Origin: Ferruginibacter sp.
Lineage (GTDB): Bacteria; Bacteroidota; Bacteroidia; Chitinophagales; Chitinophagaceae
Direction of reading: 5' to 3'
Length of the DNA stretch: 55,084 nucleotides
Assembly: GCA_043755395.1 (NCBI GenBank)
Contig: JAYUTC010000297.1
Location: 1-55,084 of the forward strand
The notes under the pieces were generated by a model. The model was not told the DNA's origin, ran no database searches, and was given only the letters and a program-made list of their open reading frames with translations. Positions 1 to 9,316 of this stretch are shown one piece after another (the stretch's first letter is position 1; every line of letters starts with the position of its first letter). The translations under genes were made by a program, and so were the position numbers.

Positions 1-747
1 TTAAAAAGTCTTTACCCAAATATTAAATTACATACACTAGGCCCTCCGGAAATTGCCCATATTACCAAGCTGGAAAAAAGTACCCACCGGGAAATTTTAA
101 TGGCTTTAAAAGAAGCAGGAATGGATAGCTTACCCGGAGCAGGAGCAGAAATATTAACTGACAGGGTAAGGAGATTAATCAGCAAAGGAAAATGTGGTGC
201 ACAGGAATGGCTGGATATTATGCATGAAGCACATAAACTAAATATCACCACATCTGCAACCATGATGTTTGGTCATGTGGAAACCCTGCAGGAACGTTTT
301 GAACATTTAGTAAAAATAAGAGAAGTGCAAAGCCGAAAACCGGAAAATGCAAAAGGGTTTTTAGCTTTTATTCCTTGGACTTTTCAGGATGTAGATACCC
401 TGCTTGCAAAAATACGAGGTGTACATAATTTAACAACCGCCGAAGAATATATACGCATGATAGCCATAAGCCGTATAATGTTACCCAACATTAAAAACAT
501 TCAGGCAAGCTGGCTAACTGTAGGTAAACAGGTAGCTCAAATTTGTTTAAATGCAGGTGCAAATGATTTTGGAAGCATTATGATTGAAGAAAATGTGGTA
601 AGTGCAGCCGGAGCACCACACCGTTTTACCAGTACAACAATTCAGCAATCTATTAAAGAAGCAGGCTTTGAACCACAATTACGCAACCAGCAATACGAGT
701 GGAGGGAAATACCTGAAGCTATTGTTGAGCAGGTGATAGCATATTAA
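1..747 (+). CDS. mqnC: Cyclic dehypoxanthinyl futalosine synthase MqnC (CofH-like radical SAM), 5'-truncated
   Basis: Frame is open from base 1 (LKSLYPNIKLHTLGPPEIAH...). Motifs SLPGAGAEIL, ATMMFGHVET, FLAFIPWTFQ, NIQASW and GANDFGSIMIEENVVSAAG are typical of MqnC. Confidence 0.85.
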   Translation, partial: LKSLYPNIKLHTLGPPEIAHITKLEKSTHREILMALKEAGMDSLPGAGAEILTDRVRRLISKGKCGAQEWLDIMHEAHKLNITTSATMMFGHVETLQERFEHLVKIREVQSRKPENAKGFLAFIPWTFQDVDTLLAKIRGVHNLTTAEEYIRMIAISRIMLPNIKNIQASWLTVGKQVAQICLNAGANDFGSIMIEENVVSAAGAPHRFTSTTIQQSIKEAGFEPQLRNQQYEWREIPEAIVEQVIAY

Positions 748-775
748 AAACTCCTTAAACACCCTAAATAAAAAT

Positions 776-1099
776 ATGAAAAAAGAAGATTTGGTAAAAC
801 AACTTCACCGTTTTAGAATGGTGGCCATTGCAGAAGGCATTTCGTTTTTAATTTTACTTTTTATTGCAATGCCACTGAAATACATGTTTGAGATACCACA
901 GGCAGTAAAAATTTTTGGATGGGTGCATGGTGTATTATTTGTAGCCTTTTTTTATTTTGCTTTTGAAGTATTTACTTCATTAAAGAAAGAATTTTTATGG
1001 CTGGGAAAAGCATTTCTTGCTTCCATAATTCCCTTTGGCACTTTTATCTTTGATAAAGAATTAAAGACGGAAGAAGAAATATTAATCCGTAGTAATTAA
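776..1099 (+). CDS. DUF3817-like small integral membrane protein
   Basis: FRxxAIAEGISFLILLFIAMPLKY...GWVHGVLF...SIIPFGTF pattern with several hydrophobic segments. Confidence 0.8.
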   Translation: MKKEDLVKQLHRFRMVAIAEGISFLILLFIAMPLKYMFEIPQAVKIFGWVHGVLFVAFFYFAFEVFTSLKKEFLWLGKAFLASIIPFGTFIFDKELKTEEEILIRSN

Positions 1100-1117
1100 A
1101 GTATTTTAATTTAAAGT

Positions 1118-1603
1118 ATGGCCGAAGATTTAAATATTATTGAAGGAAGCAAAAAAGCTATTTACCAATCGCTGTTACCCCAAATAAAAGCTTTACTGGA
1201 TGGCGAACCTGATTTAATTGCCAACCTTGCAAATGTTTCAGCTGCATTAAAAGAACAATTCAATTGGTTGTGGGTAGGTTTTTATTTAGTAAAGAATGAT
1301 GAATTGGTTTTAGGCCCTTTTCAGGGGCCGGTGGCCTGCACCCGGATAAAAAAAGGCCGTGGCGTTTGTGGCGCAAGCTGGCAGCAGGCCCAAACACTAA
1401 TTGTACCTGATGTAGAAAAATTTTCTGGCCATATTGCCTGCAGCAGTTTATCAAAATCAGAAATTGTAATTCCGGTAATAATAAACAATGAAGTAGTTGC
1501 TGTACTTGATGTGGACAGTGAATTATTGAATCAGTTTGATGAGACCGATAAAAATTATTTAGAAGAGATTATCAAAGCAATATTTTTTACCCCTGTTTCC
1601 TAA
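1118..1603 (+). CDS. msrC: GAF-domain free methionine-(R)-sulfoxide reductase (fRMsr/MsrC)
   Basis: IANLANVSA, WVGFYL, LGPFQGPVACTRI, GRGVCG and HIACSS..KSEIV; the three conserved Cys are present. Confidence 0.85.
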   Translation: MAEDLNIIEGSKKAIYQSLLPQIKALLDGEPDLIANLANVSAALKEQFNWLWVGFYLVKNDELVLGPFQGPVACTRIKKGRGVCGASWQQAQTLIVPDVEKFSGHIACSSLSKSEIVIPVIINNEVVAVLDVDSELLNQFDETDKNYLEEIIKAIFFTPVS

Positions 1604-1714
1604 GGGGAACTTAGATTGTTACATCATTAACTATTATAACAATCTTAAACTTACAGCTGTATAAAAATAAATTTAAGTTTTCTTGCTGCCAGTTCTCCCT
1701 TCAGGGGGCGGGAG
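1590..1714. repeat. Decayed inverted-repeat pair (REP/REPIN-like) across the msrC/alkA convergent junction
   Basis: CCCCTGTTTCCTAAGGGGAACT (1590-1611) can pair, with G:U pairs and bulges, with AGTTCTCCCTTCAGGGGGCGGGAG (1691-1714). GC-rich arms flank an AT-rich spacer. Confidence 0.4.
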
Positions 1715-2308
1715 TGTATCTTTCCATCCCCACAAATACCTGCAGGCATAAGTTCGGTAAGGGCTCCATTTTTTACTGATGTGCAACATTTTTTCTTTCA
1801 TCGCTTTTTTATCAGCAGCATCAATTTTATACAGTTTGCACATCGCCTGTTGTATACCTAAATCATCAACAGCAAATATATCTTCCCTTCCAAGAGTAAA
1901 CATTAAGATCATTTCAACAGTCCATGGCCCTACACCTTTTATTTGAGTCAGATATTTTATTAGTTCTTCATTGCTCATCTTATATAAACGGGCATCAGTG
2001 ATTTTTTCATCTATAAAAAAATTACAAACATTCAATACATAATTTACTTTAGCATTGCTAAGGCCAATTGCCCTGAGTGTATCAAATGAAGTAGCAGCTA
2101 TCTCATTTGATGAGGGATTTTTTGTGTCGAATAAGTTTAAAAATCTTTTATGAAAAACATCAGCAACTTTGGTACTTAGTTGCTGGCTCATAATGGAGTT
2201 ACACAAATGCAGGTGTATATTTTTTCTCTTTACTAAAGTAAACCGCTCTTGCAGTTCAAGTATTTTTTTAAATTTTTTGTCTTTGATTAAATGGACAATA
2301 TGAGGCAT
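1673..2308 (-). CDS. alkA: DNA-3-methyladenine glycosylase II (AlkA, HhH-GPD family)
   Basis: SIMSQQLS, GLSNAK, helix-hairpin-helix LTQIKGVGPWTVEM, DIFAVDDLGI, WSPYRTYA. Confidence 0.85.
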   Translation of the reverse strand: MPHIVHLIKDKKFKKILELQERFTLVKRKNIHLHLCNSIMSQQLSTKVADVFHKRFLNLFDTKNPSSNEIAATSFDTLRAIGLSNAKVNYVLNVCNFFIDEKITDARLYKMSNEELIKYLTQIKGVGPWTVEMILMFTLGREDIFAVDDLGIQQAMCKLYKIDAADKKAMKEKMLHISKKWSPYRTYACRYLWGWKDTLPPPEGRTGSKKT

Positions 2309-2362
2309 TATTAAAATTTAATCCTCAATATCTGCAAAAATAAATTAACAGATAAAGTTTAT

Positions 2363-3133
2363 TTATGTATCTGCCCATTGCTTAAAATCGGCAACCCGTT
2401 CCCTGCTTATAATTATTTCCTCCTGCGAGGTGATACCTTTTAGATGCAGTTTTAAGCGGTTGCTTTGATAGGGCTTTATCTGATCGATGGCATCAGCATT
2501 TATAATTATTTTTCTGTTCAGCCTAAAGAAGTCGTTGGGGTTTAATTCCGCTTCTAATTTTTCCATGGTGGTATTAATTACAAACCGGTTTCCTTCTTTA
2601 TCAATTAAAAAAACAATTTTATTATCGGCAGCAAAATAGGCCACTTCGCTGGCTGCAATAAAAAACAACCGCTGGCCAACTTTTGCTAAAAACCTGCTTT
2701 TATAATTTATCGAAAAGTTATCTTTAACCTGTTCCATCAGCAACTGGTAATCTTTAGGAGCAAATGCGGTGACCAGGTTTTTAAATTTATTCAATGCTGT
2801 GGCTAATGCTTCTGCGCTTACCGGTTTTAAAATATAATCTATGCTGAATAACTGAAAGGCTTCAATGGCGTAATTTTCATATGCGGTAGTAAAGATGATG
2901 GGCCTTTGTGTAGTGGTGCGTTTAAAAATTTCAAAACATTGGCCATCACTCAAATGAATGTCCATCAATAATACATCAGGGTGAGGTTTGGTATTTAGCC
3001 AGTGTACTGTTTCCTCTACACTTTCCAGGCAGGCCATTATATTTATTGAAGGGTCATAGGCTTTAATTAAAAGCTGCATACGCTCCTGGGCCAATTGTTC
3101 ATCTTCAATTATTAAGATATTCATTTTCCGCAT
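2363..3133 (-). CDS. LytTR-family response regulator (alternative start at 3124)
   Basis: Receiver domain (IIEDE, MDIHLSDG, IIFTTAY, DYILKP) plus LytTR domain (LNPNDFFRLNR, IISRERV). Confidence 0.92.
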   Translation of the reverse strand: MRKMNILIIEDEQLAQERMQLLIKAYDPSINIMACLESVEETVHWLNTKPHPDVLLMDIHLSDGQCFEIFKRTTTQRPIIFTTAYENYAIEAFQLFSIDYILKPVSAEALATALNKFKNLVTAFAPKDYQLLMEQVKDNFSINYKSRFLAKVGQRLFFIAASEVAYFAADNKIVFLIDKEGNRFVINTTMEKLEAELNPNDFFRLNRKIIINADAIDQIKPYQSNRLKLHLKGITSQEEIIISRERVADFKQWADT

Positions 3134-3134
3134 T

Positions 3135-4163
3135 TTAATTTAAGGAAAGCAGGGGGAGTGTAACAGTAAAATCATTATCATCTTGTTTTACTTCTACATT
3201 TCTACCGCTAACTAACCAATAGCGTTTAATAATATTTGCTAATCCAATTTTGGTAGATCCTTCCACTGATTCTCTTAATTGCAAATTATTGGAAACCACT
3301 ATCGTATTGTTTCCATTTATGTGCACATCAATATGTAGTGGTTTATTCTTACTTATTATATTATGTTTAATAGCATTTTCAATAAGCATTTGTAAGGATG
3401 CAGGTATAATATAAAAATTTTCATACGACTGGGGTACATTAATGGTTATATCCAATCCGTCAGAAAATCTTTTTTGCAATAAAAAAATATAAGGCTTAAT
3501 AAAATCCAGTTCTGTTTTTATGTCTACCAGTTCTTTATCGTGGTTAGTTAAAATATAGCGGTATACTTTGGAGAACTCTTCAATAAAACGATTGGCCTCA
3601 TTATTATTTTTCATCACCAATGCAGAAAGTACATTGAGGTTATTAAACAAAAAGTGTGGATTTATCTGGCTTTTTACCAATTGCAACTCTGCCTGTGCCG
3701 ACATTCTTTTTAATTCTTCCGCCTCCATCCATTTTGTTTTATACTCGGTAAAATAAAACATAATGGCATTTAATAAATGAAACAATAAATTGGCCAGCCA
3801 GGCATAAATTAAATTTAGTTTAAGGGGAATAATTGTTTCTTTAAAACTGTAATTCTGTAAAACCATACTTACAAAAAATACCAGAGCAAGGGTTATAAAT
3901 GTTGTTAACATGCCTCCAACTGCAAAAAATTCAACAAGTGTTTTTATTTTATTCTTCTGCCTTGCAACCTTTTTTTTAAACAGGGGTTCCAATAACCGGC
4001 TGCCTTCCCAAATAAAAAAAGTGGTTAGAAAAATTGTGGCAAAAGCCACATACCACTCAATTTCAATATTAAAATACCTGTACACCTCACATAGTACAGT
4101 ATTAAGATAAGTGTAAACTGCTAAACCTAATATAAAAAAGTATCTGTATTTGTGGTTAAACAT
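3135..4163 (-). CDS. LytS/YehU-type membrane sensor histidine kinase
   Basis: Several N-terminal TM helices, then KSQINPHFLFNNLN, LQMLIENAIKHN and KIGLANI. Confidence 0.92.
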   Translation of the reverse strand: MFNHKYRYFFILGLAVYTYLNTVLCEVYRYFNIEIEWYVAFATIFLTTFFIWEGSRLLEPLFKKKVARQKNKIKTLVEFFAVGGMLTTFITLALVFFVSMVLQNYSFKETIIPLKLNLIYAWLANLLFHLLNAIMFYFTEYKTKWMEAEELKRMSAQAELQLVKSQINPHFLFNNLNVLSALVMKNNNEANRFIEEFSKVYRYILTNHDKELVDIKTELDFIKPYIFLLQKRFSDGLDITINVPQSYENFYIIPASLQMLIENAIKHNIISKNKPLHIDVHINGNNTIVVSNNLQLRESVEGSTKIGLANIIKRYWLVSGRNVEVKQDDNDFTVTLPLLSLN

Positions 4164-4183
4164 TACCAGTTATTATTACTAAA

Positions 4184-4221
4184 CATCAACGGTGAAAATC
4201 GAAAATTGTTCACCGTTGATG
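4184..4221 (-). terminator. Stem-loop or intrinsic terminator between the fasciclin and kinase genes
   Basis: Perfect 13-bp inverted repeat CATCAACGGTGAA / TTCACCGTTGATG, followed by only a short T run on the minus strand. Confidence 0.6.
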
Positions 4222-4247
4222 CAAATTAGGTTTTTCTAAAGATTTGA

Positions 4248-5204
4248 TTATGGTAATAAAACCCTGTCAATTACATGTACCACACCATTGCGGCACATTA
4301 TATTAGTTGCAATAATGTTAGATGCATTAGTGCCATTTCCGTTTCCTTTTATAGTAGCACCACTGGTTAAACTTACAGTTGTATTACCACCAGCTAGCAT
4401 TGGTAAAGAGCCGGCTTTTAAGTCAGATGAGAATGCCCTTCCCGCAACAACATGGTAGCTTAATACTGCTAAAAGCGTTGGCATTGGGATATTGTCAATA
4501 TTATTAATACCCAGTGCACCTAAAAGCTGCGTAAAAGCTGCATTGCTTGGTGCAAATACCGTAATAGTTGCAGAGCTTAAGAGGCTGATTAAACCAGGAT
4601 TACCGCCTGGACCATTATTAGCACGTACTATGGCTTTTACTAAAGAATCTAAACCTGAACCAGCCGCTTGTGCTGTGGCAACTATACTGCCAGATGGTTT
4701 GTTTAAAGCTTTTGATAATTTGTGTATAACACCATTGTCGGCAGCAATATCTGCCGCAGCAACTTTTATACCATTTACATAAACACCCGATGCATTGCTT
4801 GTAACAAAAACTGAGTCGCCGCCTGCAGTTACTACTTTTGCACTAGGGCCTGCCGGTACCCCCGCTGCTAATATTTTAGCTCCAATGGTATGATACAATA
4901 ACAATTCGCTTAATTGTGCAGATGATAATGCTGTTACAGTTGTTGATGTTATACCTGCATTGGAGAAAGCGGTATTATCCGGTGCAAAAACTGTAAATGG
5001 CCCTGTTCCACTTAATGTAGTAGTCAGATTTGCTTTTACTACGGCTTCTTTTAACACACTGAAGCTAGCATTACCCACCACTACATCCGTAATTGTATTA
5101 GTTACCGGAATAGGGTCATCATCTTTTTTACAAGAGGAGAAACTGATTGCTGCACCCATAAGGGTTGCAAATAAAACGCTGCTGAATTGATTGTTGATTT
5201 TCAT
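4248..5204 (-). CDS. Fasciclin (FAS1) two-domain lipoprotein
   Basis: Lipobox FSSC followed by KKDDD. Two FAS1 domains with TVFAPxNxAF and NGV(I/V)H motifs. Confidence 0.9.
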   Translation of the reverse strand: MKINNQFSSVLFATLMGAAISFSSCKKDDDPIPVTNTITDVVVGNASFSVLKEAVVKANLTTTLSGTGPFTVFAPDNTAFSNAGITSTTVTALSSAQLSELLLYHTIGAKILAAGVPAGPSAKVVTAGGDSVFVTSNASGVYVNGIKVAAADIAADNGVIHKLSKALNKPSGSIVATAQAAGSGLDSLVKAIVRANNGPGGNPGLISLLSSATITVFAPSNAAFTQLLGALGINNIDNIPMPTLLAVLSYHVVAGRAFSSDLKAGSLPMLAGGNTTVSLTSGATIKGNGNGTNASNIIATNIMCRNGVVHVIDRVLLP

Positions 5205-5263
5205 GATAGTTTGTTTTTATATCATTATCAACAATAACAAACTAAAGAAGATGTTTCATGTAG

Positions 5264-5311
5264 AGTAAACGGTAAAATTAAAGGAGTGAAATGCCGGTTT
5301 TTGATAGTGAA
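5264..5311 (-). promoter_or_regulatory. Putative LytTR binding site: three direct repeats at a 21-bp period
   Basis: AGTAAA at 5264, AGTGAA at 5285 and AGTGAA at 5306 (TT(C/T)ACT on the minus strand), directly upstream of the fasciclin-LytS-LytTR module. Confidence 0.6.
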
Positions 5312-5316
5312 TACTA

Positions 5317-5350
5317 AAAAGGCTGCTTCATAAAAACGAAGCAGCCTTTT
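5317..5350 (-). terminator. Intrinsic terminator of cysS
   Basis: AAAAGGCTGCTTC-N8-GAAGCAGCCTTTT hairpin with A/T tails, just downstream of the cysS stop. Confidence 0.85.
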
Positions 5351-5365
5351 CATTAAATTAATTTA

Positions 5366-6853
5366 TTAAACACTCCAGCTTACCCCGCCATCTTTTTCAT
5401 CTTTTAAATTTATTCCTAATTCGGTAAGTTGATTTCTTATTTTATCACTGGTAGCAAAATCTTTTTTTGCCTTAGCTTCTTTACGGATATCAATCAACAA
5501 TTCCATTATGCCGGAAAGTTTTTCATTGTTCAAATTAAACTCATCTTTTAATCCAAAAATATCTTCGATAAAAGCTTTAAATTTTTGTTGCATCAATATT
5601 ATTGTGGATGAAGCAATTGCATCAGCTTTTATTAATCCGTCTTTAATAGAATTAATAACCGGCACCAGCTCAAACATATTGGCTAATACTTTTGCAGTGT
5701 TAAAATCATCACTCATGTTTTCATCAAACAATGCAATTGTCTTTAAACAATTTTCATCAAGTACTGTATCTGCAGCTAAATGATTGTTGTAAACCGCTAA
5801 CCTCTTCAATACTTCATAGGCTTCCCATAATCTTTTAAACCCTTTTTCTGAAGCCTGTAATGCTTCATTACTAAAATCAAGTGTACTTCTGTAATGAGTT
5901 TGCAGCATAAAAAAACGGGTGGTCATTGGTGAATATGCTTTATCTAACAATGGGTGATCTCCATTGAATAATTCTTCGGGTAAAAACCCATTCCCTAAAG
6001 ATTTACTCATTCTGGTACCGTTAACTGTTAGCATATTGGTATGCATCCAATAGTTTGCCGGGCTGGTATGGTTACAAGCCTGGCTTTGTGCAATTTCGTT
6101 AGTATGATGTGTGGCGGCCAGGTCCATTCCGCCACCATGTATATCAAATTGTTTCCCTAAATATTTTTCACTCATTGCAGAACATTCAATATGCCAACCC
6201 GGAAAACCCCTGCCCCATGGGCTAGGCCACTGCATTAAATGTTCGGGATTTGCTTTTATCCATAACGCAAAATCAAGTCTGCCACGTTTTTCACCCTGGC
6301 CACCTAGCTCTCTTGTTCCTTCCAGTAAATCTTCTAACTTTCTGTTAGTTAAAATACCGTAAGGCTTTTCCTTATTATATTTTTCCACATCAAAATAAAT
6401 AGTACCATTTACCTCATACCCATATCCATTGTCAATTATTTGTTTTGCCATTTCAATTTGCTCTGCTATATGACCGGTTGCAGTTGGCTCTATTGATGGT
6501 GGCAGTGTGTTAAACAATTGCATTACATGACGAAATCCTAATGTGTATTTTTGAACAATTTCCATAGGTTCCACCTGCTGTAACCTGGCTATTTTACTAA
6601 ACTTGTCATCCCCTTCATCACGGTCGCCTTCTAAATGCCCTGCATCAGTTATATTACGTACATACCGCACTTTGTAACCCAGGTAAATTAAATAACGGTA
6701 AATAATATCAAAAGAGATAAATGTTCGGCAGTTGCCCAGGTGAACATCGCTGTATACAGTTGGGCCGCACACATACATACCCACATGATTGGGTATTACA
6801 GGTTTAAAATCCTCTTTCTCCCTCGATAGTGTATTATAAATCTTTAATGCCAT
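5366..6853 (-). CDS. cysS: Cysteine--tRNA ligase
   Basis: MYVCGPTVY, HLGN, PGWHIECSAM, DIHGGG, RMSKSLGN and SDKIRNQL. Confidence 0.98.
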   Translation of the reverse strand: MALKIYNTLSREKEDFKPVIPNHVGMYVCGPTVYSDVHLGNCRTFISFDIIYRYLIYLGYKVRYVRNITDAGHLEGDRDEGDDKFSKIARLQQVEPMEIVQKYTLGFRHVMQLFNTLPPSIEPTATGHIAEQIEMAKQIIDNGYGYEVNGTIYFDVEKYNKEKPYGILTNRKLEDLLEGTRELGGQGEKRGRLDFALWIKANPEHLMQWPSPWGRGFPGWHIECSAMSEKYLGKQFDIHGGGMDLAATHHTNEIAQSQACNHTSPANYWMHTNMLTVNGTRMSKSLGNGFLPEELFNGDHPLLDKAYSPMTTRFFMLQTHYRSTLDFSNEALQASEKGFKRLWEAYEVLKRLAVYNNHLAADTVLDENCLKTIALFDENMSDDFNTAKVLANMFELVPVINSIKDGLIKADAIASSTIILMQQKFKAFIEDIFGLKDEFNLNNEKLSGIMELLIDIRKEAKAKKDFATSDKIRNQLTELGINLKDEKDGGVSWSV

Positions 6854-7008
6854 TATAAATATTTTTGTAACCAGCTGCTAAAAATTTTCTGGCTAATTTG
6901 ATTTTATTATTTTAGGGCTTTAAGATAACCACACCTGTGCGATTTATCATTATTGAGCAGGTTAAAATTAAAGTTTTTTTTTAAAACCCCCTTGTAGTTT
7001 GTGGGGTA

Positions 7009-7016
7009 CAAAGATA
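7009..7016 (-). promoter_or_regulatory. Bacteroidota sigma-A -7 element, candidate cysS promoter
   Basis: TATCTTTG on the minus strand about 155 nt upstream of the cysS ATG. Confidence 0.45.
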
Positions 7017-7089
7017 TTATACTATGCCCAAGGGCAACAGAAAAATTGATATGAAGTTATTTTATTCATTTGTTAAAACGAAAATACAA

Positions 7090-8217
7090 TTATTTTGTTA
7101 AATGCACATCTGTAATAATTGGAAAATGATCGCTTAATTTTTTCCCAATACATAAAAACTGGATTACCTTAAATTTATTACCCACAAAAATATTGTCGAT
7201 ACGCAATGTTGGAGAAATACCACTGAATGTTCGGCCAATACCACTGCCTTTTTCTGCAAAAGCATTTTTCATCCCCTTCCCAATGATATTATAAGCATAG
7301 CTATTAGGTAAGTCATTAAAATCGCCACAAACAATAACAGGGTAAGGGCTTTTTGCCATTTCTTCATTAATTCTGTCTGCCTGTATTTTTCTTTTTAAAA
7401 ATCCCTTTTTTAATTTACTGATTACACTTTTTGATTTTTTTAAATCTGCCTCATCATTAATAGTTGGCTCATCAATGTATTCTAAATTAGTAGCGCTGAA
7501 TTTAAGTGTTTGCAAATGAATATTAAAAACCCTGAAAGTATCTGATTCTTTAACTATATCTGTATACTGAAAAATTGAATTATAATCGTAAGGATAAAAA
7601 CTAATGGTTTGTTTATTTACAATGGGGTATTTGGAAAAAGTAATAATTCCGAAGTGATGGTTGCCATCAAAATTAAGTTTAGGATTATATGAATAATGAT
7701 AATCAGTAAATTCCTCCTTTTGCATAATGTCAGGTATATAATTAATTGCTTTAGGCACACTGTCACTACCCACCATTTCCTGAAAAACAGCAATATCAGG
7801 CTGATAATTTTTTATCAAATCAAGCATTTCCTGTTTTTTTTCGGGGTGTTTTTTATGCTCCAGTATATCAAAATGCTCCACATTCCAGCTTATAATACGT
7901 AAGGCATTTGCTTGTTTTTGTTTTGCAAATGATGAAGAAAATCTTAATGGAATAATATTGCTAACTGGTTGATAAGCCAGTATAATTGTAATAAAAGAAA
8001 TTAAAGACCAACGGGGCTTTACAAAAAACCAAAATAAAATAAATCCTAATAATAGTACCAGTAAATAAAAGGAAACAAGTGTAAGAAAACCCAATGGCCA
8101 CCAAAATTGCGGGTTAAACCATCCACCATAACAGCTTAATAAAAAAAGTGCTGCCAAAATAATATTGGAGATGATAAAAAAATTTTTAGTTAATCTACGA
8201 AAAAGGCTTTTGGGCAT
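7090..8217 (-). CDS. Membrane-anchored endonuclease/exonuclease/phosphatase (EEP) family protein
   Basis: N-terminal TM segments, then ISWNV, PDIAVFQE, NIHL, VCGDFND, RIDNIF and SDHFP. Confidence 0.88.
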   Translation of the reverse strand: MPKSLFRRLTKNFFIISNIILAALFLLSCYGGWFNPQFWWPLGFLTLVSFYLLVLLLGFILFWFFVKPRWSLISFITIILAYQPVSNIIPLRFSSSFAKQKQANALRIISWNVEHFDILEHKKHPEKKQEMLDLIKNYQPDIAVFQEMVGSDSVPKAINYIPDIMQKEEFTDYHYSYNPKLNFDGNHHFGIITFSKYPIVNKQTISFYPYDYNSIFQYTDIVKESDTFRVFNIHLQTLKFSATNLEYIDEPTINDEADLKKSKSVISKLKKGFLKRKIQADRINEEMAKSPYPVIVCGDFNDLPNSYAYNIIGKGMKNAFAEKGSGIGRTFSGISPTLRIDNIFVGNKFKVIQFLCIGKKLSDHFPIITDVHLTK

Positions 8218-8297
8218 TATATAAAGATTACAACTTCAATATTTTTGGGGAAAAGTGATAAATAAAAATGAAATTTATTTTTAAGAAATAGTAACTG

Positions 8298-9257
8298 TTA
8301 TAATTCTTCCTCACTTGCTCTTTTTAAAATATTTTTTTCTTCGTCTGTTAAAAAATGATACCCCTGTTTGCTAATTTTATCTAAAATTTCATCAATTCGT
8401 TGTTGTGTTACATTAGCACTTTTATCAAATGGCTTTCTGCTGCCGGTTTTATAAAATACTTTATGCTTAAGTTGATTAACCTTTTTATTTGGATTGAAGA
8501 GGTTACTGCCCCATTCATACAGGCTAAGCATCCAAACACTTAAATCCATCCCCCTACGCAATAAAATAACAAATAAAAATCCTGCTAATGCACCTCCTAA
8601 AATAGCAAAACTGTTAGCACTTGTAAAGGAAAATATATTGATAAGGTTTATTAAAACAAACAAAGCTGTTAATATCCAAACCGGAATGCCCCTTCCAATA
8701 TTTCTGAATATCCGATATTTTGGAGAAAGCGTAGTTACAGCCATTGCAATTGCAGCTGTGCCTGTTTGTGAACCAAATAAGAACCCATTATTAATATAGG
8801 GTCTTAATGGGGGAATGGTATATACTGCAACTATAAAAAATACTGCACCTGATAAACTGCCATAAATATAAATAGGGAAAATAAATTTATTGCCTGAAAG
8901 ATCCTGCAAAATATACCCAAAAGCCCATAACCAAAGCATACTGCCTATCATTGTAATGATTACAGAAAGGGGTTCAATGCCACCCTGCGAAAACATAAAT
9001 GTTAAAAGAGTCCATGGTGTTTCACTTAGTTTGGTAAGGCTTGCCGGCATGGCAAACCATTGTGTGGCATCAAAAGATAACACTTCTTGTCCCAGCCCCT
9101 GGTGAGTATATAAATAAAAAACCCTTGAAATAAGGATTACAAAAAAGAAAATAAGATTTGCTGCAAACAAAGCAAAAAGGGCATTGCCCGCCTGGCCCAG
9201 TGAAAACCTCCGTCTTGTTAATCTTTTAAATTCCTGATACCGGTCCGACTCTCCCAT
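8298..9257 (-). CDS. Rhomboid-like membrane protein with C-terminal DUF6576-like tail, catalytic residues apparently lost
   Basis: PWTLLTFMF, W.FG.ILQD and a C-terminal IDEILDKISKQGY..LTDEEK..L tail. The GxSG and catalytic-His positions read GSQTG and SFAILGG. Confidence 0.8.
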   Translation of the reverse strand: MGESDRYQEFKRLTRRRFSLGQAGNALFALFAANLIFFFVILISRVFYLYTHQGLGQEVLSFDATQWFAMPASLTKLSETPWTLLTFMFSQGGIEPLSVIITMIGSMLWLWAFGYILQDLSGNKFIFPIYIYGSLSGAVFFIVAVYTIPPLRPYINNGFLFGSQTGTAAIAMAVTTLSPKYRIFRNIGRGIPVWILTALFVLINLINIFSFTSANSFAILGGALAGFLFVILLRRGMDLSVWMLSLYEWGSNLFNPNKKVNQLKHKVFYKTGSRKPFDKSANVTQQRIDEILDKISKQGYHFLTDEEKNILKRASEEEL

Positions 9258-9316
9258 ATTATTATTTTATTAGCCCTGTAAATTTACTAACAGTTACAGA
9301 TAAAATTTGTTAAGCA

